In this document: positions 7,880-17,111 of the stretch, piece after piece
Layout: every line of letters starts with the position of its first letter
Numbering within the stretch: the first letter of the stretch is position 1
From: Candidatus Adlerbacteria bacterium
GTDB taxonomy: Bacteria > Patescibacteriota > Minisyncoccia > Phycocordibacterales > SBAW01
NCBI GenBank assembly: GCA_026397405.1
Contig: JAPLUW010000002.1
Span: forward strand, 1-38,213
Direction of reading: 5' to 3'
Length of the DNA stretch: 38,213 nucleotides
Program-made: the position numbers and the translations under genes
The notes under the pieces: model-generated
Told to the model about the DNA's origin: nothing
What the model saw: the letters and a program-made list of their open reading frames with translations, nothing else
Database searches by the model: none

Positions 7880-8241
7880 ACTACAACCTCAAAGGTACCA
7901 ATGTGGCAATTACGGACGAAATTAGGCACTACGTGGAAAAGGGTCTAAACACTCTCGACAAACTTGTAAAAAGCGAAGGGAAGCCGCGTGTTGATGTCGA
8001 GTTGGAGTATAAGGAGGGCGAGGCAAAGATGTACCGCGCCGAATTGATGTTGCATGCGCCGGGTACAACTGAGCCACTACGTGCCGAAGCGGAGCGGGGG
8101 ACATTGCATGAAGCGATGGATGCCGCAGCAAGCGAATTGCTACACGAACTAACCAAAACAAAAAAGAAGCGCATGCGTGTATTCCGCCACAGTGCCGTGC
8201 GTGTAAAAGAATATTTGCGCGGCTGGAGGGATAAGTTTTAA
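7876..8241 (+). CDS. hpf: Ribosome hibernation factor / RaiA-type (short HPF)
   Basis: NLKGTNVAITDEIRHYVEK...LHEAMD.A...L..EL.K.K. Confidence 0.88.
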   Translation: MNYNLKGTNVAITDEIRHYVEKGLNTLDKLVKSEGKPRVDVELEYKEGEAKMYRAELMLHAPGTTEPLRAEAERGTLHEAMDAAASELLHELTKTKKKRMRVFRHSAVRVKEYLRGWRDKF

Positions 8242-8245
8242 GAAT

Positions 8246-8271
8246 AAAAAAAAGAGCCGCCCTTGAGCGGC
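8246..8271 (-). terminator. Intrinsic terminator (-)
   Basis: GCCGC...GCGGC hairpin followed on the minus strand by TCTTTTTTTT. Confidence 0.75.
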
Positions 8272-8278
8272 CCAACGT

Positions 8279-9151
8279 TCATGCGCACATTCTGTTTTTT
8301 ACTTCGCTCAATACCCACGCTATAGTTGCAGTTTTTTCACGTGTGCTTATGGTAAAGATGATAGGCGGCATTTTGTCTTGCCCCCACGGTACCTGGTCGC
8401 CGTTTGCGCACCGGGCAACTCCGCCTAACTCCCGTATCAACACGTAACTGGCGGCAATGTCCCACTCGTACGGTTCGAAAATACTTGTCCAGCCCCACGC
8501 AGGGCCGCGAGCTACTTCAAAACCTGCCACAACACACGGCAAGCTCAGCGTGTCTTCAAAACACATAGTTAACTCGACCGCTTGTGCCGTGTACATTTTG
8601 TTACTCAACACCGACTTCGATGTCGGCACAATCAACATTGGGTTAATCGCAGACAAACGTTCAAATATCTGCCACGGTCCATATGTTGTGCGGAACCTAG
8701 CGCCTTTGCCTTCAATTGCAACAACAAATTCTCCGCGCCCGGGTTGCAAGATAATCCCTACGCGCGGCACGCCGTCAATAACGAGTGCAACCGAAACACA
8801 CCACTCATACCGTCTCGCCTCATAGAAACGCGTTGCGTCTATCGGGTCTATTGTCCAGTAGATCCGGGACCTCGGTTCATGGGTCAGGTCTTCCTCGCCA
8901 CGGACCTGTATATGTGGCGCGACACTTTTCAGAAAATTGGTTACAAAAACTTGTGCAGTTTTGTCTACGTTCGACACGGGTGTCCCGTCTTTCTTACGCG
9001 CACGTATCACTTTTGACTGTAGGGCAGTAAAGCCCACACCCATCTCAAGTAATTGGTCGACAATTGGCAAAAAAGTTTCGAAATCCAACCTGAGTCCGCT
9101 GCAGACGCGAGTCTCGCCTTTGCCCGTAGTATCCCGCTCACTAACACTCAT
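8279..9151 (-). CDS. Inositol monophosphatase/CysQ-like (FIG superfamily) phosphatase
   Basis: KKDGTPVS.VD, GEE, WTIDPIDAT and WDIAA motifs; SD-like AAGGGGG. Confidence 0.88.
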   Translation of the reverse strand: MSVSERDTTGKGETRVCSGLRLDFETFLPIVDQLLEMGVGFTALQSKVIRARKKDGTPVSNVDKTAQVFVTNFLKSVAPHIQVRGEEDLTHEPRSRIYWTIDPIDATRFYEARRYEWCVSVALVIDGVPRVGIILQPGRGEFVVAIEGKGARFRTTYGPWQIFERLSAINPMLIVPTSKSVLSNKMYTAQAVELTMCFEDTLSLPCVVAGFEVARGPAWGWTSIFEPYEWDIAASYVLIRELGGVARCANGDQVPWGQDKMPPIIFTISTREKTATIAWVLSEVKNRMCA

Positions 9152-9319
9152 GTAGCCCCCTTTCTGGTAGTTGGTTTTTTTGTACAGCCTCTATCACGAT
9201 ACGAAAAAGTAACTGAATTTCACCTGAAGGTATAAAATTGACTACTTGTAATTTGCGTGATATATATTTTAGGAGAACGTGAACATCTAGTGGCCGATAC
9301 TCTCGGCGGAGGCAAGAAA

Positions 9320-9667
9320 ATGGGGGATGTGGTGTATTTACGCCAAGGGGATAGAGACGCTTCTTCTGTTTTGCAAGTTATTTCTGTCGCGGAGGAAGTC
9401 GTGTTGCAAGGGAAATTATTTCATCTTGCGGCGGATTTGTCTCAGAGGCTTCGAGAGTTGGGAGTGTATGATCCTCAAAAAATCTATCCACCTCGGAAAC
9501 TCCTGAAGTACTATTCTAATGAGGACTTGATCTACTGGTTGAGCAGGGCAACAGATCGACCGCGTTTGCTTGTGACACAAACCGCCTTTTTCCAAGCGTT
9601 GGTCGAGGAAGCAGCAGTGCCAGTGCGTCGCCTCATACTTCTTCCCCAGCCGTCCTCCTCGGAGTGA
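9320..9667 (+). CDS. Hypothetical protein (ORFan-like)
   Basis: ATG 9320 with SD GGAGG; promoter TTGACT-17-TATATA (9238-9266); own terminator. Confidence 0.65.
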   Translation: MGDVVYLRQGDRDASSVLQVISVAEEVVLQGKLFHLAADLSQRLRELGVYDPQKIYPPRKLLKYYSNEDLIYWLSRATDRPRLLVTQTAFFQALVEEAAVPVRRLILLPQPSSSE

Positions 9668-9682
9668 CGGCTTTTCTTTTTT
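9648..9682 (+). terminator. Intrinsic terminator (+)
   Basis: AGCCGTC CTCC-TC-GGAG T GACGGC followed by TTTTCTTTTTT. Confidence 0.8.
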
Positions 9683-10535
9683 ATGAATTGTTGCGGACAA
9701 AGTCTGCGTAGTCAATTTCTTTTTTGCCTTCGGGGATAACGCGGAGGATGTCTAGTTTTCCATCAACCACTTCTGCTTCGGTAATAATCACGCGTTTACC
9801 CGCTGGAGTTATAAAGTGTGCGCGAGGATTTTTGTCGAACGCTCTAATTTTTAGTAAATTTTGGTACGCGTTGCCTTCTAGGTTTATTAAAGAATCAGCG
9901 TCAGTAAACTTTTTTGTAAATGTCGCACGTGCTTCGTCTTGTACTTCGGGCGTAATGTCCCCGGCAATCCAAAAGGGAATAGTTTCGGCAAGTAGGTTGC
10001 CGCCTTCGGTTGCAAGCAGCTCTTCAAACTCGCTGCCTTTGGGTGGCCAAGCATTTGGCTCCAGTTCCACCTGTGCTTGTGCAACTACGGGCCCGGCGTC
10101 CATTTTTTCGGCCATCTGCATAATGGTTACGCCTGTTGTACGCTCGTCTGCCAAAATTGCGGAGGCTGCAGGGGAGGGGCCACGGAATTTTGGCAATAGT
10201 GAAGGGTGCACGTTTAAGCAACCGCGGCGTGGAATATCCAAAATGTTTTTTGGAATAAGTTTTGCATAGGCGGCAACCAAAAATACATCCCAGTCGGTAT
10301 TTTGCAGCTCGGCTACAAATGTCTCGTCTTTGAGGGTACTCGGAGTGAGTACATCAATACCCCTCTCCGTAGTCCACATTTTTGCAGGTGACGGCGTTAA
10401 CACTAACCCGCGGCCCTGGTGGCGGTCGGGGGCAGTGACTACAAGTGCAGGTAACATCCCGTGTTTTTCCAGTGCGTCGAGCACGTGTACAGAAAATTTG
10501 GGTGTGCCAAAAAATACAAAGAGAGGTTTTTTCAT
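9681..10535 (-). CDS. fmt: Methionyl-tRNA formyltransferase
   Basis: FFGTP.F, LNVHPSLLPKFRG.SP, MDAGP; start placed at MKKPLF. Confidence 0.96.
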   Translation of the reverse strand: MKKPLFVFFGTPKFSVHVLDALEKHGMLPALVVTAPDRHQGRGLVLTPSPAKMWTTERGIDVLTPSTLKDETFVAELQNTDWDVFLVAAYAKLIPKNILDIPRRGCLNVHPSLLPKFRGPSPAASAILADERTTGVTIMQMAEKMDAGPVVAQAQVELEPNAWPPKGSEFEELLATEGGNLLAETIPFWIAGDITPEVQDEARATFTKKFTDADSLINLEGNAYQNLLKIRAFDKNPRAHFITPAGKRVIITEAEVVDGKLDILRVIPEGKKEIDYADFVRNNS

Positions 10536-10536
10536 A

Positions 10537-11118
10537 CTAGATGCCGTGTTTGTCTTTAACTTTTTTGCGGGCACTCTTCATGTCCATGTCTTCGTCTTCC
10601 TCTACATGCAGAGCTTTGTCTATATATAGTATGCCGTCTAGGTGGTCGCATTCGTGCTGGAATATATGTGCAACAAGTCCCGAGCCGTGGTACACAAACG
10701 GTTTACCTTGTTCGTCCCACGCTTCAACCGTTGCTTTTTCGTGGCGCAATACGGTCCCGTACGTCCCGCGTACCGACAAGCAGCCTTCAGACATCTCCTT
10801 CTTTTTTCTCGACAGACGAGTTAGAACTGGGTTGATAAATACTGTGTGTTTCGCTACAGACTTTTCATCAACATTCGGCTCCACCTCTTCATCCTCGTCG
10901 GTGTCTTTTTTAAAAGCTTTTTCGCCAACAACAAACATCCGTAACGACTCTCCAACTTGCGGTGCAGCAATAGCCACGCCAAACTCTTCTGCGGCGAGAG
11001 CTTTCTTCATCTTTTTTATAAGTGCATCTAGCGCTTTCCCGCCAATGTCTTTTTTAAGCACGGGCGCGGCCTTTTGGCTTAATACCTTGGCGCCTGCCTG
11101 CACAATAGGGTCTTTCAT
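10537..11118 (-). CDS. def: Peptide deformylase
   Basis: GVAIAAPQVG, EGCLS and QHECDHLDG motifs. Confidence 0.97.
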   Translation of the reverse strand: MKDPIVQAGAKVLSQKAAPVLKKDIGGKALDALIKKMKKALAAEEFGVAIAAPQVGESLRMFVVGEKAFKKDTDEDEEVEPNVDEKSVAKHTVFINPVLTRLSRKKKEMSEGCLSVRGTYGTVLRHEKATVEAWDEQGKPFVYHGSGLVAHIFQHECDHLDGILYIDKALHVEEDEDMDMKSARKKVKDKHGI

Positions 11119-11199
11119 ATCGTATACGCATCATGCAATATTTTTACAGAAAAGGAAATACCTGCGCATCTAGGGAAGTGCTTGGTATACTGCTAGGCA

Positions 11200-11538
11200 A
11201 TGGAACATATCGGCGCACATATTAAACTTTTCCCACAAAAAAAAGAGGCTCCTGCGGCAAAGCCGCTAAAGATTACCGAGCGCGGTGAAATGATGGAATA
11301 TTTTTTAAAAAAGTTAAACCAGGCACGTGTGCGCGACGGTTTAGCCCCGATGACTATGGGTCGCATGGCACGCTTGTTGGTTGCTATACCGACAGAGGAC
11401 CTTTACTATCTAAAAAGTATTTGCGACCAAGCCACAGACTTTTCAAAAAAGTTTTGGTGGGAAATACATCCTAAAAACCATACACCGCAGGCCATTGCAG
11501 AAAGTCAGAAAAAATTTAAAAAAACATATGCGCGATAG
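11200..11538 (+). CDS. Hypothetical basic protein
   Basis: 112 aa; TATACT 8 nt upstream; overlaps the murA start. Confidence 0.7.
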   Translation: MEHIGAHIKLFPQKKEAPAAKPLKITERGEMMEYFLKKLNQARVRDGLAPMTMGRMARLLVAIPTEDLYYLKSICDQATDFSKKFWWEIHPKNHTPQAIAESQKKFKKTYAR

Positions 11539-12766
11539 ATTCGTTGTTGAAGGGCTGAATGGACAGAAAACTCTGAAGGGGGAGATACGTGTTGGTGGTG
11601 CCAAAAATGCTGTCCTCAAGGCGCTCGCTGCAACGGTACTGTTTGAAGATGATGTGCCGATGACAAATGTCCCTGACATTGAAGACGTCAAACGCATGCA
11701 CGAGTTGCTGGACGCTCTAAAAACTCAACCGACTATACTCAAAAAAGATATTGCAGAAAAATTCCGTGCCTCTATCGTACTTACCGGCCCCGTACTTGCG
11801 CGCTACGGCGCAGTGGAGTTTCCGTTCCCCGGTGGCTGCGTGTTAGGTGAGCGTGCCATCGACCTATTTTTAAATGGCTTCCGTGCAATGGGAGCTACTG
11901 TTGAAGAAGATGACAGCTATTTTAAAATCACCGCAGGGGGCGGGAAGTTGAAGGGCGCACGTATTGTCTTCCCGCTTGTTTCAGTTACAGGTACAGAAAC
12001 ATTGATGATGGCTGCAGTACTTGCCGAAGGCATAACCGTACTTGAAAACGCCGCGATGGAACCAGAAATTGCTGACCTCGCGTTGTATTTAAATAAATGT
12101 AGCGCAAAAATTGAAGGTGCGGGCACTCCCACGATAACAATTACCGGCGGCGGTTTGCTGCACGCGGGAGGTATTTCGTATGACACGCCACCCGACAGGA
12201 TCGAGACAGGCAGCTTTGCCATTTTGGCAGCGCTTGCCGCCGAAGATGTGACCATAACTAACTGCAACCCTGGCTGGGTCGAAGTGCCTCTGGCGCTTTT
12301 GCGCCAAGCAGGGGTGAATATTGAAACGGGTGCAGACTATATCCGTATCCTCGCGTCGGAGGTGCCGTACAAAATGGTTTCGGTGCGCACGCACGAGTAC
12401 CCAGGGTTTGCTACCGACCTGCAAGCCCCCATGGCTGTGTTTATGAGCCAGTGCGAAGGGGAGGGAAGTATACTCGAGACAATTTTTGACGGACGTTTCC
12501 GATATGTCGACGATTTGGTCGTTATGGGCGCAAAGATGACGGTGATGAACCCACACCGCGTGCTTGTCCGGGGTCCGGCAGAACTTAGCCGGAAAAATTT
12601 AACAAGTCCCGACCTACGCGGCGGCCTCGCATACATTTTAGCTGCCACTGTTGCCGAAGGCACATCGACAATAGACAATGCATATTTAATCGACCGCGGA
12701 TACCAGCATATAGAGGAACGTTTGCAAAAACTAGGGCTCAATATAAAGAGAGAGTCGGTGGAATAG
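11528..12766 (+). CDS. murA: UDP-N-acetylglucosamine 1-carboxyvinyltransferase
   Basis: GAKNA, RAS, PGGC.LG.R (catalytic Cys), PDRIETG, DLRGG, RGY. Confidence 0.97.
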   Translation: MRDRFVVEGLNGQKTLKGEIRVGGAKNAVLKALAATVLFEDDVPMTNVPDIEDVKRMHELLDALKTQPTILKKDIAEKFRASIVLTGPVLARYGAVEFPFPGGCVLGERAIDLFLNGFRAMGATVEEDDSYFKITAGGGKLKGARIVFPLVSVTGTETLMMAAVLAEGITVLENAAMEPEIADLALYLNKCSAKIEGAGTPTITITGGGLLHAGGISYDTPPDRIETGSFAILAALAAEDVTITNCNPGWVEVPLALLRQAGVNIETGADYIRILASEVPYKMVSVRTHEYPGFATDLQAPMAVFMSQCEGEGSILETIFDGRFRYVDDLVVMGAKMTVMNPHRVLVRGPAELSRKNLTSPDLRGGLAYILAATVAEGTSTIDNAYLIDRGYQHIEERLQKLGLNIKRESVE

Positions 12767-12811
12767 TCCCAAATTTGTTTTGGCCGGCCTACTCAAGTAT
12801 CATGTTGGGGC

Positions 12812-13825
12812 GTGGCGTTTTTTACTCCAAAACTTGGCATTGACTTAGGTACGGCAAATACACTCGTGTTTGTGCCTGGCCGTGGCGTTGTGTTAAACGA
12901 GCCATCAGTTGTAGCAATTTCAGAAATCGACAGGCGCATTTTGGCGGTTGGTTCTGAAGCAAAAGAAATGATAGGCCGCACTCCAGGCGAAATTATCGCA
13001 TACCGCCCACTTAAAGACGGCGTCATTTCCGACTACCGCGTGACGCAGGCAATGCTACGTTATTTTATAAGCAAAGCGATGGGACGCTTTCAATTTTTTA
13101 AACCCGAAGTGATGGTGTCGGTGCCGACAGGCGTAACGTCAACCGAACGCCGCGCCGTTGTGGAAGCCGCTATACGCGCTGGCGCAAAAAATGCGTACGT
13201 GGTTAAAGAGTCGGTGCTCGCGGCAATTGGTGCAGGTATTCCAATTCAGGAGCCCCGCGGCAACATGGTTGTCGACATCGGTGGCGGCACGTGCGACGTG
13301 GCGGTGATTTCCTTGGGTGGCATTGTTGCGTCAACGTCTGTTAAATGTGGCGGCGACAAACTCGACCACGCCATTGCCGACTATATTAAAAAAACATACA
13401 ACTTAGGCATTGGTGAGAAAACTGCCGAAGATGTAAAAATTGGCATCGGCTCGGCAGTGCCGATGGAAGAAGAGTTGGTGATGACCGTGCGCGGCCGTGA
13501 CTTTATCACTGGCCTGCCACGCAGCACAGAACTTAAAACAAACGACCTGGTTAAAGCGATGGGTAAGGAACTGCGCGAAATAATTAAAGCAATTCGCGAC
13601 GTGTTGCAGGAAACTCCGCCTGAACTTGCCAGCGACATTATTGACCGTGGGATTATCATGACCGGCGGCACGTCGATGTTGCGACACTTCCCAGAGCTTG
13701 TCTTCCGCCGCACAGGAGTAAAAGCAAAAGTCGCCGACGACCCGCTGTTTTGCGTAGCGCGCGGCACGGGCATTGCACTTGACCACTTAGACACCTACAA
13801 AAAAGCTATTATTGCTAAGCGATAG
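12812..13825 (+). CDS. mreB: MreB/Mbl actin-like rod shape protein (stand-alone paralogue)
   Basis: IDLGTANT, EPSVVA, DIGGGT, TPPEL, TGG. Confidence 0.95.
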   Translation: MAFFTPKLGIDLGTANTLVFVPGRGVVLNEPSVVAISEIDRRILAVGSEAKEMIGRTPGEIIAYRPLKDGVISDYRVTQAMLRYFISKAMGRFQFFKPEVMVSVPTGVTSTERRAVVEAAIRAGAKNAYVVKESVLAAIGAGIPIQEPRGNMVVDIGGGTCDVAVISLGGIVASTSVKCGGDKLDHAIADYIKKTYNLGIGEKTAEDVKIGIGSAVPMEEELVMTVRGRDFITGLPRSTELKTNDLVKAMGKELREIIKAIRDVLQETPPELASDIIDRGIIMTGGTSMLRHFPELVFRRTGVKAKVADDPLFCVARGTGIALDHLDTYKKAIIAKR

Positions 13826-13834
13826 GAGTGTGAA

Positions 13835-13908
13835 AAGCAACAAAGTAAAAATGAGGGTTAGACTTGGGCTAGCGCCCCGGAGCGCACTCATTTTTGCTTT
13901 GGTTGCTT
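13835..13908. repeat. Intergenic long inverted repeat (REP/MITE-like)
   Basis: AAGCAACAAAGTAAAAATGAG (13835-13855) pairs with CTCATTTTTGCTTTGGTTGCTT (13887-13908), one bulge and one G-U. Confidence 0.8.
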
Positions 13909-13917
13909 GAAACTTTT

Positions 13918-14580
13918 ATGACACACCACGCGTACTTATATGAAGGGCCTGTTTCGCTACTGCCACAGCTGGCAGAGTCTGCGTGTGCGCAATTTAATTT
14001 TCAACGAGAGAATAATCCGGATGTCTATGTGCGCGAATGGGAAAAGTTTGGCATCGACGAAGCACGCGAACTAACACAGCAGGCCGCGCTCAAAGCTGCG
14101 GACGGGCGGGCACTGTTTGTGCTCGGCCTTTCGTCTATCACAAGCGAGGCTCAGCATGCGTTGCTAAAGTTGTTTGAAGAGCCCGTGCAAGGAACAATCT
14201 TTGTCCTGCTTGTGCCGCACGGCGCATTACTTAGCACCTTGCGTTCGCGTTTTTTGGAGTATCCAGAAAAGCTGGAACAAAAAGCGGGAAGCGGGGAAGC
14301 AAAAGAGTTTCTGTCCTGGCCGTATAAAAAGCGTAGCGACTGGGTTACGGTTTTTGTAAAAAATGATGAAGAAAATACACGCGAACTAGCACGCAGTTTT
14401 TTGAACGAGCTGGAGGCTGTTTTGTATAAAAAATTAGGTGCAGCAGAGCTTGTCCTCAAAAAAGAGATACGAGAAGGCTTGCAAGACATTGCGCATTTCC
14501 GTGACTATCTGTCTGACAGAGCTCCGTCGCTTAAGATGATACTTGAGCATTTTGCCGCAACGCTTCCATTAATTAAATAA
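13918..14580 (+). CDS. holB: DNA polymerase III delta-prime-like subunit (short)
   Basis: HHAYL.EG, NPD, GIDE.R, EAQHALLKLFEEP, LL.TLRSR. Confidence 0.8.
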   Translation: MTHHAYLYEGPVSLLPQLAESACAQFNFQRENNPDVYVREWEKFGIDEARELTQQAALKAADGRALFVLGLSSITSEAQHALLKLFEEPVQGTIFVLLVPHGALLSTLRSRFLEYPEKLEQKAGSGEAKEFLSWPYKKRSDWVTVFVKNDEENTRELARSFLNELEAVLYKKLGAAELVLKKEIREGLQDIAHFRDYLSDRAPSLKMILEHFAATLPLIK

Positions 14581-14584
14581 ACTC

Positions 14585-15265
14585 GTGACCCCGAAAAAAC
14601 TAACAGAACGCAAAGAGCGAATTTTAAAGCTGGACAGAGCTCTCAAGAAACTATACCCAAACCCAACTATCGAATTGAACTTTAGCAATACGCTTGAGCT
14701 TTTAATTGCCGTACAGCTTTCGGCACAGTCCACCGACAAAAACGTAAACAAAATCACTGAAAAGCTGTTTAAAAAATATAAAACTCTGGACGACTATGTC
14801 CATGCAGGGAAGACACAAAAAAACATAAACGAATTTGAACAAGATATATTCGCATCCGGTTTTTACCGTGCAAAGGCAAAAAACATCCTGAGGGCTGTCA
14901 ACATAATTAAGAACGAGTTTGGTGGGGAAGTGCCACGCACTATTGAAGAGTTGTTAAAGTTGCCTGGTGTTGCGCGCAAGACAGCAACGGTTGTGCTTGC
15001 AACTGCATTTGGAGTTGTTGCAGGGATTACTGTCGACACGCATGTTATACGGTTTGTGCAGCGGTACGACCTTTCAGACTTTAAAGACGCTGTGCGCATT
15101 GAGCGCGATTTAATTCAACTGCTACCCAAAAAAGAGTGGTCTACGTTTACGCACCGCGTTATACACTACGGCCGCTACCTGGCCCCGGCCCGCGCGTATG
15201 ACACTACTAAAGACCCGCTTGTAAAAATCTACCCTAAGGCAGCGAATAAATTTAGAACCTCTTAA
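14585..15265 (+). CDS. nth: Endonuclease III (HhH-GPD), apparently lacking the C-terminal 4Fe-4S cysteine motif
   Basis: LLIAVQLSAQ.TD, LPGVARKTA, VDTHV; no Cys cluster at the C-terminus. Confidence 0.93.
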   Translation: MTPKKLTERKERILKLDRALKKLYPNPTIELNFSNTLELLIAVQLSAQSTDKNVNKITEKLFKKYKTLDDYVHAGKTQKNINEFEQDIFASGFYRAKAKNILRAVNIIKNEFGGEVPRTIEELLKLPGVARKTATVVLATAFGVVAGITVDTHVIRFVQRYDLSDFKDAVRIERDLIQLLPKKEWSTFTHRVIHYGRYLAPARAYDTTKDPLVKIYPKAANKFRTS

Positions 15266-15297
15266 AAGCAAATAGTGCGCTATGTTATGATACGTAT

Positions 15298-15849
15298 ATG
15301 GCATACGACTTTAAACCTTTCGACGCGCGTATTAAAGAAATTAGTGAACACGTAGTACTAGAAATGGCCGGCATCCGCACCGGGCGTGCGGCACCAACAA
15401 TTTTGGATGGTGTGCAGGTTGAAAGCTACGGCACCCGCATGCCGATAAACCAAGTTGCAAATATCTCTATTGAAGACGCCCGCACGTTGCGCATCACCCC
15501 ATGGGATGCCAGCCAGGCAAAAGAGATTGAAAAAGCTATTGTCCAGGCAAACCTTGGTATTTCTGTTGGGGCAGACGAAAAAGGTGTCCGTGTATTTTTC
15601 CCTGAACTCACATCCGAACGCCGTACGACATTGGTAAAATTGGCAAAAGAGCGTATTGAAGAAAGTAAAACATCTTTGCGTGTTGCCCGCGACGAAGTGT
15701 GGTCGGACATCCAAAAAAAGGAACGTGACGGAGAGATGCCCGAAGACGACAAATTCCGTAACAAAGACGAAATGCAAAAAAAGGTCGACGCAGCAAACAA
15801 GGCATTTGACGAAGTACTTGCACGGAAAGAAAAGGAAATCTCAGGCTAA
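15298..15849 (+). CDS. frr: Ribosome recycling factor
   Basis: IRTGRA, YG...PINQVANI, PELTSERR. Confidence 0.97.
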   Translation: MAYDFKPFDARIKEISEHVVLEMAGIRTGRAAPTILDGVQVESYGTRMPINQVANISIEDARTLRITPWDASQAKEIEKAIVQANLGISVGADEKGVRVFFPELTSERRTTLVKLAKERIEESKTSLRVARDEVWSDIQKKERDGEMPEDDKFRNKDEMQKKVDAANKAFDEVLARKEKEISG

Positions 15850-15855
15850 TTTTAT

Positions 15856-17055
15856 ATGAGCCTGATTATTTTTATCCTTATACTTGTTTCGCTGATACTC
15901 GTGCACGAGTTTGGGCATTTTATAATTGCCAAAGCATTTGGTATCCGTGTCGACGAATTTGGTATCTTTTTCCCGCCACGCATCTTTGCAATTAAGTGGA
16001 GAGGAACAGAATACTCTTTAAACTGGTTGCCGTTTGGCGGGTTTGTTAAAATCTTTGGAGAGAATGGAGAGCAGTCACAAGAGATATCAAAGCCGGAGCA
16101 GAACTCGGTTGCGGAGCCGAAGACCGACGCAGAGAGTTCTGCGCAGGCTCTTACCAACCAGACTTTTCCTCGGAACGATTCTGCTTCAGCTGCTGGAGCC
16201 TCCTTCGTGCACAAACCGCGCCCGGTACAAGCGGCGGTTATAGTTGCTGGTATTGTTTTTAACCTAGCCTTTGCGTGGCTGATACTTTCGGCTGGGTACA
16301 TGGTGGGCATCCCAACATCGGCCGACCATAAAGGTTTTGGTACAGTACAAAACGCACACGCAACTATTGTCGACGTGCTTCCAGGGAGTCCTGCAGACAA
16401 AGCAGGGCTAAAGGCGGGTGACGTGGTTGAAACTGTTATCACCGGCACGGCAAGTTTGCAGGCAGGTGCCACTGCAGAAAATGTGCAGCAATTTATCGCA
16501 GTACACCAAGACGAAAGTATTGGCCTCACTGTGCAGCGTGGCGGTGCAGAAGTAAGCGCAATTGCGGTACCAGTTGCAGGCATTGCCGAAGGTCATAAAG
16601 CACTTGGTGTTGCACTTGGCGATGTCGGGGTACTTAAACTCTCGTTGTTGCCAGCACTCGGCCAAGGTGCACTGTTAGCTAAAGAAATTACTATTTCAAC
16701 CGCAGCAGGGTTGCTTGGCTTTTTTGCACAAATATTCCACGGCACGGCAGACTTTGCAGGTGTAAGCGGCCCCATTGGTATTGCAGGCATGGGCAGCACG
16801 GCAGTACAAGAAGGAATTATTGCAACAATTATATTAACTGCTCTTATCTCTATAAACCTGGCAATAATTAACTTGCTGCCAATACCTGGGCTCGACGGCG
16901 GCCGCCTGCTGTTTATCGTAATCGAAGCAATTACCCGTCGCCCAATTTCCCCGCGCTTTACACTCGCGTTTACGCTTGCTGGTTTCGGCCTCCTGATTTT
17001 GCTGATGATAGTCGTGTCGTATCACGATGTACTTAACTTGGTGCGCCCGGTGTAA
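15856..17055 (+). CDS. rseP: RseP/RasP site-2 M50 metalloprotease with PDZ domain
   Basis: HEFGH, LPFGGFV, PDZ (PGSPADKAGLKAGD), NLLPIPGLDGG. Confidence 0.93.
   Translation: MSLIIFILILVSLILVHEFGHFIIAKAFGIRVDEFGIFFPPRIFAIKWRGTEYSLNWLPFGGFVKIFGENGEQSQEISKPEQNSVAEPKTDAESSAQALTNQTFPRNDSASAAGASFVHKPRPVQAAVIVAGIVFNLAFAWLILSAGYMVGIPTSADHKGFGTVQNAHATIVDVLPGSPADKAGLKAGDVVETVITGTASLQAGATAENVQQFIAVHQDESIGLTVQRGGAEVSAIAVPVAGIAEGHKALGVALGDVGVLKLSLLPALGQGALLAKEITISTAAGLLGFFAQIFHGTADFAGVSGPIGIAGMGSTAVQEGIIATIILTALISINLAIINLLPIPGLDGGRLLFIVIEAITRRPISPRFTLAFTLAGFGLLILLMIVVSYHDVLNLVRPV
16091..16183. repeat. Palindromic element translated in frame within rseP
   Basis: AGCCGGAGCAGAACTC (16091-16106) / GAGTTCTGCGCAGGCT (16134-16149), 14 of 16 complementary; second degenerate hairpin at 16159-16183. 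Confidence 0.65.
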
Positions 17056-17057
17056 AT

Positions 17058-17103
17058 AAAAAAAGAAACCCCGTCGCAATCCGGTTAAGGACGGCGACGG
17101 GGG
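17058..17103 (-). terminator. Intrinsic terminator (-)
   Basis: CCCCGTCGC...GCGACGGGG hairpin followed on the minus strand by TTTCTTTTTTT. Confidence 0.85.
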
Positions 17104-17111
17104 TAGATGTT

